Shown here piece by piece: positions 24,201-34,254 of a stretch of DNA of 64,000 nt. The DNA is from a virus (taxonomy: Duplodnaviria; Caudoviricetes): positions 1,466 to 65,465 of the IMG/VR virus record IMGVR_UViG_3300028025_002058. One strand, written 5' to 3'. Position 1 is the first letter of the stretch, and each line of letters begins with the position of its first letter. The notes beneath the pieces were generated by a model. It was given only the letters and a program-made list of their open reading frames with translations, searched no databases and had not been told where the DNA came from. A program made the translations under genes and the position numbers.

Positions 24201-24729
24201 TAACTTCCTCAACTATCTCTATAGGCTCTACGATTCCTGTAATCTGAGATAATCTTTTTGCAACATCCATCTTACATTTTGGACATGTAGCAGTAACTTC
24301 TTTTAGAATCTTTACAAGAATATCCTGCTTACGCTCCGTATCAGCAATTTGTGTGGCAAGCTCTGCGTTATCTAGTAGACCTATCTCTTGAAGCATGCCT
24401 ATTCTTTTGCCTTCAATATCAGCAATTATTTTAAGGGCTGTAGCCTTAACGTTTAGTTGTCCCGCCTGATCTGCATCTTCTACGGTTTTCCAGGCTTCTT
24501 TAATAAGCATGGCGTAGTGACGGTCTGCTCCTGAGATAGCCTCTTTAGCCCTGTCACGGGCCGCTGTGTCGTTGTGAACAACGCTCTTCCACTCATCTAT
24601 CAACTCAACCACTTCGGCTCTCTTGAAGCCCGTTATGGTGGCGATTTGGGTAGGGTTGCTTCCCTTGAGTAGTTCTGAGACTACTACGTTCATGCGATCA
24701 AAATGATCGGCTAATTCAATTTCAGACAT
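24190..24729 (-). CDS. probable terminase small subunit (HTH plus helices)
   Basis: N-terminal HTH; directly upstream of terL; leaderless promoter containing palindrome TTAGTCGACTAA. Confidence 0.6.
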   Translation of the reverse strand: MSEIELADHFDRMNVVVSELLKGSNPTQIATITGFKRAEVVELIDEWKSVVHNDTAARDRAKEAISGADRHYAMLIKEAWKTVEDADQAGQLNVKATALKIIADIEGKRIGMLQEIGLLDNAELATQIADTERKQDILVKILKEVTATCPKCKMDVAKRLSQITGIVEPIEIVEEVSGP

Positions 24730-24761
24730 ATATTAGAGTATACTCTTAGTCGACTAAAAAA

Positions 24762-25085
24762 TCAACTGGATTTGGCTATTTTATATAGAACTAGATACCC
24801 TATTAAATCATCAATGTCATTATCCCCAGCAAATCCCTGGTTATTCTTAACTCTATTTAATTTATCATCAATACGAACCTTTAATTGCTCTGTCGCATCT
24901 GTTGTTGAGAATATTCTAATTGGGTTTAAAGCTGAGTCTCCGTATGAGATATTCTTGTCAATAAGCATATGAGCAATCTCATGGCATGCCCCCCATATTT
25001 TACTGCCAGATGGGGCACCTACGGAGTGTAAATATAGATCTGAACACTTAAATTCTGATACATCTTGAAATACTGGTCTTAACAT
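24762..25085 (-). CDS. DUF1599-like nucleotide-modification-associated protein
   Basis: KN..YGDS...RIDDKL.R...D.IDDLIGY. Confidence 0.75.
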   Translation of the reverse strand: MLRPVFQDVSEFKCSDLYLHSVGAPSGSKIWGACHEIAHMLIDKNISYGDSALNPIRIFSTTDATEQLKVRIDDKLNRVKNNQGFAGDNDIDDLIGYLVLYKIAKSS

Positions 25086-25834
25086 TATCTTCTCCTTAAC
25101 AGAACGTTTACAACATCATGCTGTTTAATTCTTTCAAATGAAGCCGCTTCTCCATTTAAAAACTCCATAGTGTATTTATCATTTAATTGTACTAAAAATT
25201 CGTCTGGTTGTCCAGAGCCTAATTCAACTACAATTAATGGACATTCCCATGCCGCATCTGAGAATCCTTCAAATACAAATCTTTCATGACCTTCCACATC
25301 TATCTTCATGAAATCAACCTTGTCAGCATAAACATTATCTAGTCTCTTAGCAGCAATCTCTTGAGTATAAAAGTTTCCATGCTGACCATCGTTACCTATT
25401 CTATGCTCTCCAACTATTCCAGATCCGCCAATATTCTCTTCCCAAATATTTAAAATAAGATCATCTTCTTTATCCGATAGGGCAAAAGGGTGAACAGATA
25501 TAGGGGAAGACTCGTCATAAGAATTAAATGTTTTAGCAATAGAATACATATCGCACAATCTAGTTATTGGTTCAAATGCTAGAACTGAACCAGTTGGACC
25601 AGTAAGTCTTGACATAACCTCTGTAAAATAAAATATGTTTGCTCCGATATCAAGGCAAGTCCATCCTGGCTTTATATTCTGGATCATCCACTCAGTAAGC
25701 TGTTTATCCCATACGCCACTATCTATGCAGCTACGCTGAACATACTTATCTGTTTTATCTCCAGTATAAACATAAAATGAATCTAAAACTTTACTAAAGG
25801 TAATTGATTCAATATTTCTTGGGTCTACTCTCAT
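25085..25834 (-). CDS. FkbM-family SAM methyltransferase
   Basis: LDIGAN, AFEP, RLD and KIDVEGHE motifs. Confidence 0.9.
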   Translation of the reverse strand: MRVDPRNIESITFSKVLDSFYVYTGDKTDKYVQRSCIDSGVWDKQLTEWMIQNIKPGWTCLDIGANIFYFTEVMSRLTGPTGSVLAFEPITRLCDMYSIAKTFNSYDESSPISVHPFALSDKEDDLILNIWEENIGGSGIVGEHRIGNDGQHGNFYTQEIAAKRLDNVYADKVDFMKIDVEGHERFVFEGFSDAAWECPLIVVELGSGQPDEFLVQLNDKYTMEFLNGEAASFERIKQHDVVNVLLRRR

Positions 25835-25977
25835 CTTTTTTTAATTAATCCGAACTGCTCTAGATATCTCTGTATAGTCATAGCAGAGACCCCACACTCG
25901 ATTGCAATTTCTGTAACCGTTTTCTTTTGAATCACATACCTTCTATATAGCCATGGTTGGCTTTGATATAATTTCAT
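25831..25977 (-). CDS. small HTH DNA-binding protein (48 aa, not in ORF track)
   Basis: WLYRRY..QKKTVTEIAIECGVSAMTIQRYL; ATGA couplings on both sides. Confidence 0.75.
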   Translation of the reverse strand: MKLYQSQPWLYRRYVIQKKTVTEIAIECGVSAMTIQRYLEQFGLIKKR

Positions 25978-26540
25978 CGTTCCGTCAACACCTTGTTGGC
26001 ATAATGTGCAATTCCAAATGAATCTGCAACATCAAAATCTGATATAGACAAGCCATACTTTTTATTAAAGTAGTCAGCAGTTCTTTGTTTTCTCATATTT
26101 CGCAACTGAGTTTTATACCATGAGTCTGCGTATCCTGGGTTCTTTACTCTAATAGCCTGCTTCTCATCTTTAGTTGGGTTCTTATTACCAATGTATGCCT
26201 GCCATGATGAAGGGCTAATAGTGATAACTTTAGCCCCAGTAGACATAAGCTCTGCAATAACAACTCCATATACATATGATAGTTTAATTACTGCATCAGG
26301 AGATCTTACAAGTATGGCACCCTCCACGGCAATATAGTCTGACTTTAACTCTTCTAGCATTACATGCATCTTTACCTTAGCGTCATATATCTTTTCATAT
26401 ATATCTGATCCAACAAACTCTATCTTACCCCACTTTAGAGGCTGATCATTTTCCATAAGACAAAAGGCTACAGAGTTAGTTGATGCATCAATTCCAAGAA
26501 CTCTGTTTGCCCTAGTTTTTACCAGGTCAGCTAATTTCAT
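25974..26540 (-). CDS. ruvC: RuvC-like Holliday junction resolvase
   Basis: LGIDAS, IAVE, D.ADS.GIA. Confidence 0.85.
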   Translation of the reverse strand: MKLADLVKTRANRVLGIDASTNSVAFCLMENDQPLKWGKIEFVGSDIYEKIYDAKVKMHVMLEELKSDYIAVEGAILVRSPDAVIKLSYVYGVVIAELMSTGAKVITISPSSWQAYIGNKNPTKDEKQAIRVKNPGYADSWYKTQLRNMRKQRTADYFNKKYGLSISDFDVADSFGIAHYANKVLTER

Positions 26541-26805
26541 CTAGCATCCCAACAATTCTATTTCTTTTAGTTATATCTATTTTCTTTTGGCATGAGGCAC
26601 ATAATGTAGTGTCATTGTATCTACTTAGCTGTGCTCCACACTTCTTGCATCCACGAGCAGCACCATTTCTAATAGCCTTCTTTTCATAATACTTTTCCAT
26701 AATTCTACGATTAGTTGCAACTCTGCAACACTCATCTGTACAATATTTTTGATTATGTGTTTTTGGCTCAAAGTCTTTGGCGCATTCTTTGTTTGCACAA
26801 ATCAT
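26527..26805 (-). CDS. zinc-finger protein
   Basis: C...C...F.P...QKYC...C and CKKC...CASC. Confidence 0.75.
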   Translation of the reverse strand: MICANKECAKDFEPKTHNQKYCTDECCRVATNRRIMEKYYEKKAIRNGAARGCKKCGAQLSRYNDTTLCASCQKKIDITKRNRIVGMLDEIS

Positions 26806-27587
26806 AACTTAGGCACCTTATATGTTTCTATCTGAACTGTGCCAGTAAGTCCAGCGTAACATTCCTTTTTAATTGGACAATAAGTGCATGGCATCTTTGA
26901 CTTAGATGATCCTGCTGGACGCATAGGAAGATCGCCTTCCTTAAAGTTATCCCAAACCTCGCACATCCAGGTAAAAGCCTCTTCAATTATCTCAGTATTC
27001 TTTTCATTCATAGAAACTGGAATAACTATTAATTCTTGAGTGTTTTTATTCTCATAAAGGAAGAATCCTTCTTTAGCATTCTTAAGCTTCATATAGGTTA
27101 AAAGCTGTAGTAGGTGATTTGTTGTAGGCTTCATCTCTGACTGTCTAGCATCCCATACTTCTTGCTTTGCCGTTTTAATTTCACCAATTACAGTTTCATT
27201 ATCATACTCCATAATTAAGTCGATAAATCCTCTAATCGGTGGATACTCATTAACAATCTCTTCTTCTTCTGCTCTCCACTCTGGCATTGTCTTAATTAAA
27301 TTCTGCAAGCGTTCATGTGCCTGAGTTCCCTGAGCCATATTAGCAACTGCAACTGCATCATTATCATCAATAAACATTGCTCCGCTAAATGCCATATACC
27401 AGTATCTAGGGCATGTGCCATGACCATAGCCAAGAGAGCTTGGGCTAAACGACTTCTTTGTCATCTCTCCATCTGGACGCTTTGTATTTCTATATGACTC
27501 ATCAAGTAATCGTGCAAATAGTTCTGGGTCGAAGTGCTTGCCAGTATGCTTTTTAAACTTAAGGTTCTTTACAATATCTCTAGCCAT
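26802..27587 (-). CDS. Cas4/RecB-like PD-(D/E)XK exonuclease
   Basis: SPSS..CPR, GT..HE, G.ID...EIKT, QL..Y, C.YCP....C. Confidence 0.85.
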   Translation of the reverse strand: MARDIVKNLKFKKHTGKHFDPELFARLLDESYRNTKRPDGEMTKKSFSPSSLGYGHGTCPRYWYMAFSGAMFIDDNDAVAVANMAQGTQAHERLQNLIKTMPEWRAEEEEIVNEYPPIRGFIDLIMEYDNETVIGEIKTAKQEVWDARQSEMKPTTNHLLQLLTYMKLKNAKEGFFLYENKNTQELIVIPVSMNEKNTEIIEEAFTWMCEVWDNFKEGDLPMRPAGSSKSKMPCTYCPIKKECYAGLTGTVQIETYKVPKL

Positions 27588-27915
27588 TATATCTGACCAC
27601 ATACTTTAGTGCGTCAACTAGTTTGTCTACTGACTCTTTTGCTGAATAGTAAATATTCTTCTTATTATTGTTTACTGTTCCAGCCTTGTCTTTAGCAATA
27701 GTTGAATAAACTGAAGCCATCATAGCAAATTTAGTAGACATAGCCTGTAGCTCAATAATTAGAGAAGGGGCTTTTGCTGCTGGCACGTCAGGATTCATTA
27801 ACAACTTTACAACAATTGCTAGCGTCTTATCTAACTGTTCATCTTTCATATACTCATGAAGATCATTAAACTCAGTGATATTATTAATAAGTTCTAGTGT
27901 ATTTAGGTCGCTCAT
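27580..27915 (-). CDS. hypothetical helical protein
   Basis: Start at MSDLN via TAATG coupling. Confidence 0.7.
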   Translation of the reverse strand: MSDLNTLELINNITEFNDLHEYMKDEQLDKTLAIVVKLLMNPDVPAAKAPSLIIELQAMSTKFAMMASVYSTIAKDKAGTVNNNKKNIYYSAKESVDKLVDALKYVVRYNG

Positions 27916-28070
27916 TATGCAAACCTCGTCACAATAGCATAGCCAATCCAAAGTCCAACTATTCCCATTAGCCCAGCAAATACTGGTGGGGCAGGAATTG
28001 GTAGCTTAAGTATGCTGAATATTCCACCCACTGCAGCACCAGTTAATGTTGTATATAGTATCTCTTTCAT
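27915..28070 (-). CDS. XapX/DUF1427-like membrane protein (51 aa, not in ORF track)
   Basis: G..VG.IF..LKLPIPAPP...G..GIVG...GY signature. Confidence 0.8.
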   Translation of the reverse strand: MKEILYTTLTGAAVGGIFSILKLPIPAPPVFAGLMGIVGLWIGYAIVTRFA

Positions 28071-28195
28071 TACTTTGCCTTCTTATGCTTTACTATATAA
28101 GGACCAACTACTGATCGTATTGTTCCATCTTTACGAATCTTAACAATCATTCCATTTTTAATAATGGTGTCATTAAATCTACGCTTATTCGCCAT
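28070..28195 (-). CDS. small basic protein (41 aa, not in ORF track)
   Basis: MANKRRFNDTIIKNGMIVKIRKDGTIRSVVGPY...; GGAGG SD. Confidence 0.65.
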   Translation of the reverse strand: MANKRRFNDTIIKNGMIVKIRKDGTIRSVVGPYIVKHKKAK

Positions 28196-28493
28196 GATTA
28201 TCCTCCCAAAACTGAATCAGTTCTTCCAATACAGCCCATTCAATAATTCCAAGACGAACCTTGGAATCTGTTCCTATAATAATTTTTAATGCTGGATGCA
28301 TGTCTCTGCTTACCTTAAATGTATCCGTACAAATCTTTGACCAGGCTGGTTTATTTAAAGTAAAACTCTTAGATGCTTCTTTGTAATCAACTAGGAATTG
28401 TTTCCATTTAGCATCGCCTTTTTGATAGTCGCCACGTCCGCTATTCTTTTGCGCTTTTGCACCATCACGTTTTACTTCAGATCTTTCAGACAT
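28185..28493 (-). CDS. Hjc-like PD-(D/E)XK resolvase/nuclease
   Basis: E.......SGRG...KGD......VDYK. Confidence 0.7.
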   Translation of the reverse strand: MSERSEVKRDGAKAQKNSGRGDYQKGDAKWKQFLVDYKEASKSFTLNKPAWSKICTDTFKVSRDMHPALKIIIGTDSKVRLGIIEWAVLEELIQFWEDNHGE

Positions 28494-28681
28494 TATTCAA
28501 CACGCACTTGATTCTTATGACCGTTTGGGCATTCCCATGCAAGCGTTAAAATTGCAGGATCCCAGAAGGCTTCCTGTGCATCTTCATCACACTTTGAGCA
28601 TGGTTTAAGTCCATGAATTGATTGAAGTTCTGATTTATGAATAAGCTCTGGCTTATGGAAAAACTCATTAAGATTTGGCAC
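28493..28681 (-). CDS. small zinc-binding protein
   Basis: CSKC...WECPNGH. Confidence 0.65.
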   Translation of the reverse strand: MPNLNEFFHKPELIHKSELQSIHGLKPCSKCDEDAQEAFWDPAILTLAWECPNGHKNQVRVE

Positions 28682-29672
28682 TTATATCCTCTCGAAGTTT
28701 TTCAACTACATCTGGATTCTCTCTAAGATACTGTACTGCTTTAGCACGTCCTTGGAATCTTTCTCCATTAACAGTATACCAAGCGCCACCTTTTTCAATA
28801 GCTCCAGTCATTTCTGCAACGTCAAGAGTTTCTCCAACGCTATCTACACCAAGAGTTTCCCCTTGGTAATAAAAGTCGTACTGTCCTGATAAATTTGGGG
28901 GACCGAGTTTGTTGTAATCAATAATCCAGTTAACTGGCCTGCCAACTCTTTGTTCAATGATCTTGTCGCCAACTTTAACCCCAGCCTTAATAGCATTCGC
29001 CTCAGCCTCAGACGACCAGAGTTTAATGACAGTGGAAGAAAAGAACTTGACTGCCATGCCACCTGTTGGGATGTGACTAGCATGCATAGATCCAAACTGA
29101 TTTCGTTGTTGTGAGATGAGTACAAGTAATGTGTTTTTGTTTGCATAATTTAACATCTTGACTGCGTGAGTCATATCCTTTGCTTCAGCGCCGATTTGCT
29201 TAGTGTCTTGCAAATCTTTTAATTCATTTCCATCTTTTTCAAAATAGATTGCTGGTAGTAGTGCTGAGATTGAATCAACTACAATAACATCTACACCTGC
29301 ATCCATTAACTTAGTAGACACATCTACCATATCATTAACAGTCTTAACCTTTGAATGAATAAGGAGTGATGAGTCAACGCCCAATAACTCTGCCCATGAC
29401 TGATCATATGAATCTTCCGCATCAATCCACGCACAGGTCTTTCCTTCTTTTTGAGCTAATGCAATCATTTGTAAACAGAAAGAAGATTTTCCTGCAGACT
29501 TGTTACCCCAAACTAAAGTTTGTCTCCCATAACCAAGCCCGCCTTTTAAAGCCATGTTCAATCCAATACTAGGGGTTTGTTGCTTTAGCACCTGAACATT
29601 TTGTGCAGACTGAACTCGTGCCCTTGTTTTTGGATCTAGTTTTGCCAATATTTCATCTAATACAATTTTCAT
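28668..29672 (-). CDS. recA: RecA/UvsX-like recombinase
   Basis: GNKSAGKS Walker A, WIDAE, VVDSI, PTGG.A.KF, GAWY; TGcTATAAT promoter near 29700. Confidence 0.92.
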   Translation of the reverse strand: MKIVLDEILAKLDPKTRARVQSAQNVQVLKQQTPSIGLNMALKGGLGYGRQTLVWGNKSAGKSSFCLQMIALAQKEGKTCAWIDAEDSYDQSWAELLGVDSSLLIHSKVKTVNDMVDVSTKLMDAGVDVIVVDSISALLPAIYFEKDGNELKDLQDTKQIGAEAKDMTHAVKMLNYANKNTLLVLISQQRNQFGSMHASHIPTGGMAVKFFSSTVIKLWSSEAEANAIKAGVKVGDKIIEQRVGRPVNWIIDYNKLGPPNLSGQYDFYYQGETLGVDSVGETLDVAEMTGAIEKGGAWYTVNGERFQGRAKAVQYLRENPDVVEKLREDISAKS

Positions 29673-29705
29673 TATTATTCTTTCTTCTCTCTAGTTATTA
29701 TAGCA

Positions 29706-30053
29706 TTAAAACAGGTTGCCGTGAAGTCTTGGACGCTCTTTATTTTTATTAATCTTTGATTCTAGAACCTCATCAAGACTATGTAGGATCTGCTCTTCAT
29801 TTCTCATTGCTGCATATACATCTAGCAATCTAATAATTACATCAGCCATTTCTTCTACAATCTTTTCAGATCCATGACTCTTTCTAATTGCTTCTAATAC
29901 TTCAGTAACTTCTGAATGTACGAGAGCAAGCTTGTTTCCAACCTTGTCATGAGAATACTCTCCATCCCAAAACCCCTTTTCTTTTGCTGTTTCATGTAGC
30001 AATGCTGCTAATGCGTCAAGCCCGTACTCAGTTAAAATATTATTGCTGTTCAA
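29706..30053 (-). CDS. MazG-like nucleotide pyrophosphohydrolase
   Basis: LALVHSEVTE.LEA.RK...EEMAD.IIR.LD. Confidence 0.85.
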   Translation of the reverse strand: MNSNNILTEYGLDALAALLHETAKEKGFWDGEYSHDKVGNKLALVHSEVTEVLEAIRKSHGSEKIVEEMADVIIRLLDVYAAMRNEEQILHSLDEVLESKINKNKERPRLHGNLF

Positions 30054-30243
30054 TTTTTTCCCTTAAACTAAATGTAAATGATGGGCCAGTCTCATCATAA
30101 TCAATAACTAACTCTTTTTCTGTAGCCCCTGCATCTAAAAACCTTAAAGTGGGTACAGTTAATTTGCCATGCTCTTCTAAAATAGCTACTAGCACCTGAT
30201 TAATGCTAATTGATGTAACCAGACCTTCTATATTATCTGTCAT
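30040..30243 (-). CDS. hypothetical protein
   Basis: 67-aa ORF coupled to dnaE. Confidence 0.65.
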   Translation of the reverse strand: MTDNIEGLVTSISINQVLVAILEEHGKLTVPTLRFLDAGATEKELVIDYDETGPSFTFSLREKIEQQ

Positions 30244-33200
30244 TTTATTTCCTTAACCATCAGTGTTCCATCATCTAATTTAGATAACACTACCTGACAT
30301 GTCATTCCCTCACGCATTTTTGCTAAGGCAATCTTATACATACTAGAGAATACGATAGCTCTAGTTAAATTCTTATCCTTATCTGACAGTACAATGTGTG
30401 CCATTGTTTTGCCAGCCTTTGTCTTGTAAGGGGTAAAGTCTACCACATGATACTGGTTTTCTTCAAGGTCATACTCTTTACGATATAGGTAATCTACAAA
30501 TGAATCCTTAGACTGAGGATTGATATCTTGAACCTTAACATATCTTGCAATTCTATTATCTCCTACTAGAATAAAATACATCTGATTAGTTTCAATTGGA
30601 GTCTGTTCATTATGGAAAAGCCCAATTGATCCAGTCTCGTCTACCAATTCAATTCTTGCCCAACCAGTTCCACGCTTGATAGACTTGGCCATTCCAAACA
30701 TTACAAATGAACCTAAGTCATCAAACTCTGAAATTGGACGAGCCTGTGTTTTAATTCTAGGAGGAAGATCTAGATTAAATGTTGGAATACCAAGGTACTC
30801 ATAGTAATTATCTTTCTCATTACCTTCTCTAGGATTATCTTCAAATGCCGCTGCACCAATAGCGTTCAATGCAGATATTGCTCTGCTATTAATTCCGCTT
30901 CCCTTTTTAGAAGCTTTATCTATAAAATCAGAGTAGTTAGTGTATGGTCTTTTCTCCATAATTTTATTTGCAATGCTGTCAGAAATAAATTTAACTTCTG
31001 CCAACCCAAATCTAATTGCATCTTTTTGCAGAGAGAAGTAAATCTCTGACTCGTTGATATGAGGAAGTAATACCTTAAGACCTAATCTTTTAGCTTCAAT
31101 TAAGTATTCTGTACGAACATCCTTGTCATTTTCGTTTTTAAGAATCGAAAACATGAACTCAAGAGGGTAGTAAGTTTTAAGCCAAGCCGTATAATAAGAA
31201 AGCATGGAATAAGCAACAGCATGAGAACGGTTAAAAGAATAGCCAGCATGAGCCTCGAAAGTATGCCATAAGGTTTCGGCTTGCTTCTTAGAAATGTGTT
31301 TTGAAGCCCCAACAATAAACCTATCTTTGAACTCGTCAAATTCTTTTGCATCTTTCTTCTTTCCGATAATCTTGCGGACCTTATCAGCCTCTGACCAAGA
31401 CATTCCACCTAGGTGTACGCAAGCTTGCATAACCTGTTCTTGATATATGATAACACCATATGTATTTTCAGTAAAAGGCTTCATGATAGGATGAATATAT
31501 TGAACTGCTTCTTGACCATGTTTTCTTTTAATATAAGATGCACCCACTGTATTCATTGCTCCTGGACGAACCAAAGCATTTGATGCAGCGAGATCTTCAA
31601 ATACACTAACTCCCATTTTAATCAATAGGTTTGTATATGGGGTTGCTTCAGCCTGGAATATACCCTTAGTATACCCTTCGCTCAATGTCTTATAAACTTT
31701 TGGATCATCTAGAGGAAGGCTAGAAAGATTAATGACCTTTCCACTTCTATCCTTAATTGATTTTAATGTATCTGATATCACAGATAAGGTCTTAAGTCCT
31801 AGTGCATCTAGTTTAATAAGACCTATATCTGCAACCGTATCCATATCGTATGCAACGACTGGAATTCTGCCTGACACATCATCGCTAGCATCTGCACGAG
31901 ATTCTACTGGAGCAAACTTTCTAATATCGTCTTTAGCTACAACAACTCCAGCTGCATGTACTCCCACGCTTCTAATCTTGCCACGTAATCTTTCTGCTAG
32001 CCATACAACTTCTGGATACTTCATTCTAAACTCTTTTGTATTTGGCGAATCCATAAAGTCTTCAAATGTGTCAATTGATTTCATTGCACGATTAACATCA
32101 GACAGCGGTACCATAAATACACGAGCAGCATCTCTAATTACACCCTTATCTTTAAAATAAGTGTAAGTTGAAATAGAAGCAACGTGCTTAAACTTTTTCT
32201 TTAAATAATCTTTTACCTCTTTGCGACGACGGTCTTCAAAGTCGGTATCAATGTCTGGAAAGTCATTACGTTCTGGATTAATAAATCGGAAGAACAGTAG
32301 GTCATACTTAATTGGATCTACATCTGTAATTCCTAGGGCATAGCAAACAAGGGAGCCAGCGGCAGATCCACGGCCAGGACCAACCATGATGCTATTATCT
32401 TTAGCCCAGTTAATCATATCTGCTACAACTAAGAAATATGAGGCAAATGATTTATCTTTAATTATAGATAACTCTTCATCAAGTCTGTCTAGGTAGACCT
32501 GATCTTCTGACAGATTTAGCCTTTTAAGGCCTTCTAAGGCCATTTCGCCAAGCTTTTTGTCAGCATTGGTCTTAGGGACAGGGAGGAGGTCCAATCCCCT
32601 GTTAAAATCGTATTCTCCAATTTTATTGGCTATCTCCATGGTATTCTCATAGATATCTTTTCGAGTAATTCCAGCCTTATTAAAGTCAGCCTCAATTTCA
32701 TCCCTAGTCTGAATGAACAAATTATAGTCTATGAATGATATCTTTCTATCTGGATAAAGATAGTTAAATCTATCTAACATATCCTTAATGTTTCTAGACA
32801 TGTCAAAGTCTGCTTCTTTATCAGACTTAGGAGATGTTGATAGAATAAGCATAGCCTCTTCTAATATACGATCTTCTTCTTTAGCAAAGTGGGCATCTCC
32901 AGTTGCCACCGCCTTAATTTTAAGTTCATCTGCCAGTTCAAGCAGCTTTGAGTTTATTTCTTCTGGATTGTGAGATTGAACCTCAATGTAAAAATCTTCA
33001 CCGAAAGTCTTTTTAAAGTCTTGGAGAACCAGTTTAGCCTCAGAAAACTCGCTCCTCTCGATAGCTTTAGAGATAAGCCCATTAAGGCATCCAGACAATA
33101 CAATAATACCTTCCGCATATTCCTTAAGCACCTCTCTATCAATACGTGGCTTATGATAAAAGCCTTCGTTCCATGCAAGTTCCTGTAATATATTTATATT

Positions 33201-33506
33201 CTCTAAACCCTTTTTGTTTTTAGCAAGGAGAATAATATGGTTATAAGCTTGAATAGATTTATCTGTTTTAGAGGAGCGATCAAATCTATCTGTTGGGGAT
33301 ATATACGCTTCTACTCCAAGGATTGGCTTTATGCCTTGTTCCTTACACGCAATCTGCATTTCACGGTGCGAAGATAATGTTCCGTGGTCTGTGATTGCCA
33401 ATGCTGTCTGACCAGCATCCTTTGCTGCTTTTACAAGTTCGGCAGGAGAGTTAAGACCATCCATTAATGAATAGTAAGAATGCACATGTAAATGTGTGAA
33501 TGACAT
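30240..33506 (-). CDS. dnaE: DNA polymerase III alpha subunit (family C)
   Basis: PHP domain HLHVHS/TDHG, GRGSAAGS, FPDIDTD, YSFNRSH. Confidence 0.97.
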   Translation of the reverse strand: MSFTHLHVHSYYSLMDGLNSPAELVKAAKDAGQTALAITDHGTLSSHREMQIACKEQGIKPILGVEAYISPTDRFDRSSKTDKSIQAYNHIILLAKNKKGLENINILQELAWNEGFYHKPRIDREVLKEYAEGIIVLSGCLNGLISKAIERSEFSEAKLVLQDFKKTFGEDFYIEVQSHNPEEINSKLLELADELKIKAVATGDAHFAKEEDRILEEAMLILSTSPKSDKEADFDMSRNIKDMLDRFNYLYPDRKISFIDYNLFIQTRDEIEADFNKAGITRKDIYENTMEIANKIGEYDFNRGLDLLPVPKTNADKKLGEMALEGLKRLNLSEDQVYLDRLDEELSIIKDKSFASYFLVVADMINWAKDNSIMVGPGRGSAAGSLVCYALGITDVDPIKYDLLFFRFINPERNDFPDIDTDFEDRRRKEVKDYLKKKFKHVASISTYTYFKDKGVIRDAARVFMVPLSDVNRAMKSIDTFEDFMDSPNTKEFRMKYPEVVWLAERLRGKIRSVGVHAAGVVVAKDDIRKFAPVESRADASDDVSGRIPVVAYDMDTVADIGLIKLDALGLKTLSVISDTLKSIKDRSGKVINLSSLPLDDPKVYKTLSEGYTKGIFQAEATPYTNLLIKMGVSVFEDLAASNALVRPGAMNTVGASYIKRKHGQEAVQYIHPIMKPFTENTYGVIIYQEQVMQACVHLGGMSWSEADKVRKIIGKKKDAKEFDEFKDRFIVGASKHISKKQAETLWHTFEAHAGYSFNRSHAVAYSMLSYYTAWLKTYYPLEFMFSILKNENDKDVRTEYLIEAKRLGLKVLLPHINESEIYFSLQKDAIRFGLAEVKFISDSIANKIMEKRPYTNYSDFIDKASKKGSGINSRAISALNAIGAAAFEDNPREGNEKDNYYEYLGIPTFNLDLPPRIKTQARPISEFDDLGSFVMFGMAKSIKRGTGWARIELVDETGSIGLFHNEQTPIETNQMYFILVGDNRIARYVKVQDINPQSKDSFVDYLYRKEYDLEENQYHVVDFTPYKTKAGKTMAHIVLSDKDKNLTRAIVFSSMYKIALAKMREGMTCQVVLSKLDDGTLMVKEIK

Positions 33507-33530
33507 TAACTCTCCGCCTTTAACCTTGTG

Positions 33531-34202
33531 TTACCAGTCTACACTGCTGGATGAAGCAGAGGACTCTTCTGTGTTGCCACCGTCACCCATATAGAAAGCT
33601 TCTTGCTCTGCATATGGTACGTGACGTACTGCTGTTTTTTCAAGATCATGCAATTCCAAGCCAGAGAAGTCGAATGGTGTTTCGTCTTTACCTAGAGGGA
33701 TAATTGTATAACTTGTGTCTGTCTTTGAACCGTTACGCTTAATTCGCCACATCAAATTAGTGATGCTTCCCATTTCGCCAGCGTATTCAATTAATGTAGG
33801 TGTGATTGTCTTACCACTTGTACCTTGTGAAAGAATTGCAACGTATGGCTCTTCTTTGCCATCGTCTACTAATACATTGATGTAAAGACGTGTTCTAGCC
33901 TTCCAGCCAGCCTTTGGATCCTTACGGTGTTGTTCATTTGCCCAGTCACGGCCTTCAGTCTCCATTGTATCTAGAGCCTTACGACGGTAATCCTTCGGGT
34001 TTGTGTGCTCTAATGCGATAAACCCGCATCCAAGCTTGTCATTATATGTTGGTGAGTCTGGATCAAGTTCCTGTAGGAATCTAATCTTTACGCTTTCGCC
34101 GTCTTCAATCTTTAGCCAACGACCTTTGTTTTCATCCCCACCGCTATAGGTAGGCTTATCTAGTGCCTTGTTGAGGTCTTTTAGACCCTTTACTATACTC
34201 AT
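33531..34202 (-). CDS. single-stranded DNA-binding protein (gp32-like)
   Basis: Position in replisome; IKR.G.K.DT.Y; acidic C-terminal tail ending DW. Confidence 0.7.
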   Translation of the reverse strand: MSIVKGLKDLNKALDKPTYSGGDENKGRWLKIEDGESVKIRFLQELDPDSPTYNDKLGCGFIALEHTNPKDYRRKALDTMETEGRDWANEQHRKDPKAGWKARTRLYINVLVDDGKEEPYVAILSQGTSGKTITPTLIEYAGEMGSITNLMWRIKRNGSKTDTSYTIIPLGKDETPFDFSGLELHDLEKTAVRHVPYAEQEAFYMGDGGNTEESSASSSSVDW

Positions 34203-34254
34203 TTATATCTCCTTTATAGTTGATGGTATAAATCCATCTGTATTTTTTATTATA

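Noticed and set aside
26802-27587. Cas4-like gene as sign of a CRISPR system
   Set aside because: No other cas genes and no repeat-spacer array; solo Cas4-like nucleases are common in phage recombination modules.
30240-33506. Inteins or introns in dnaE (also terL, dnaB, recA)
   Set aside because: Lengths are normal, frames are continuous and no intein splice motifs are evident.
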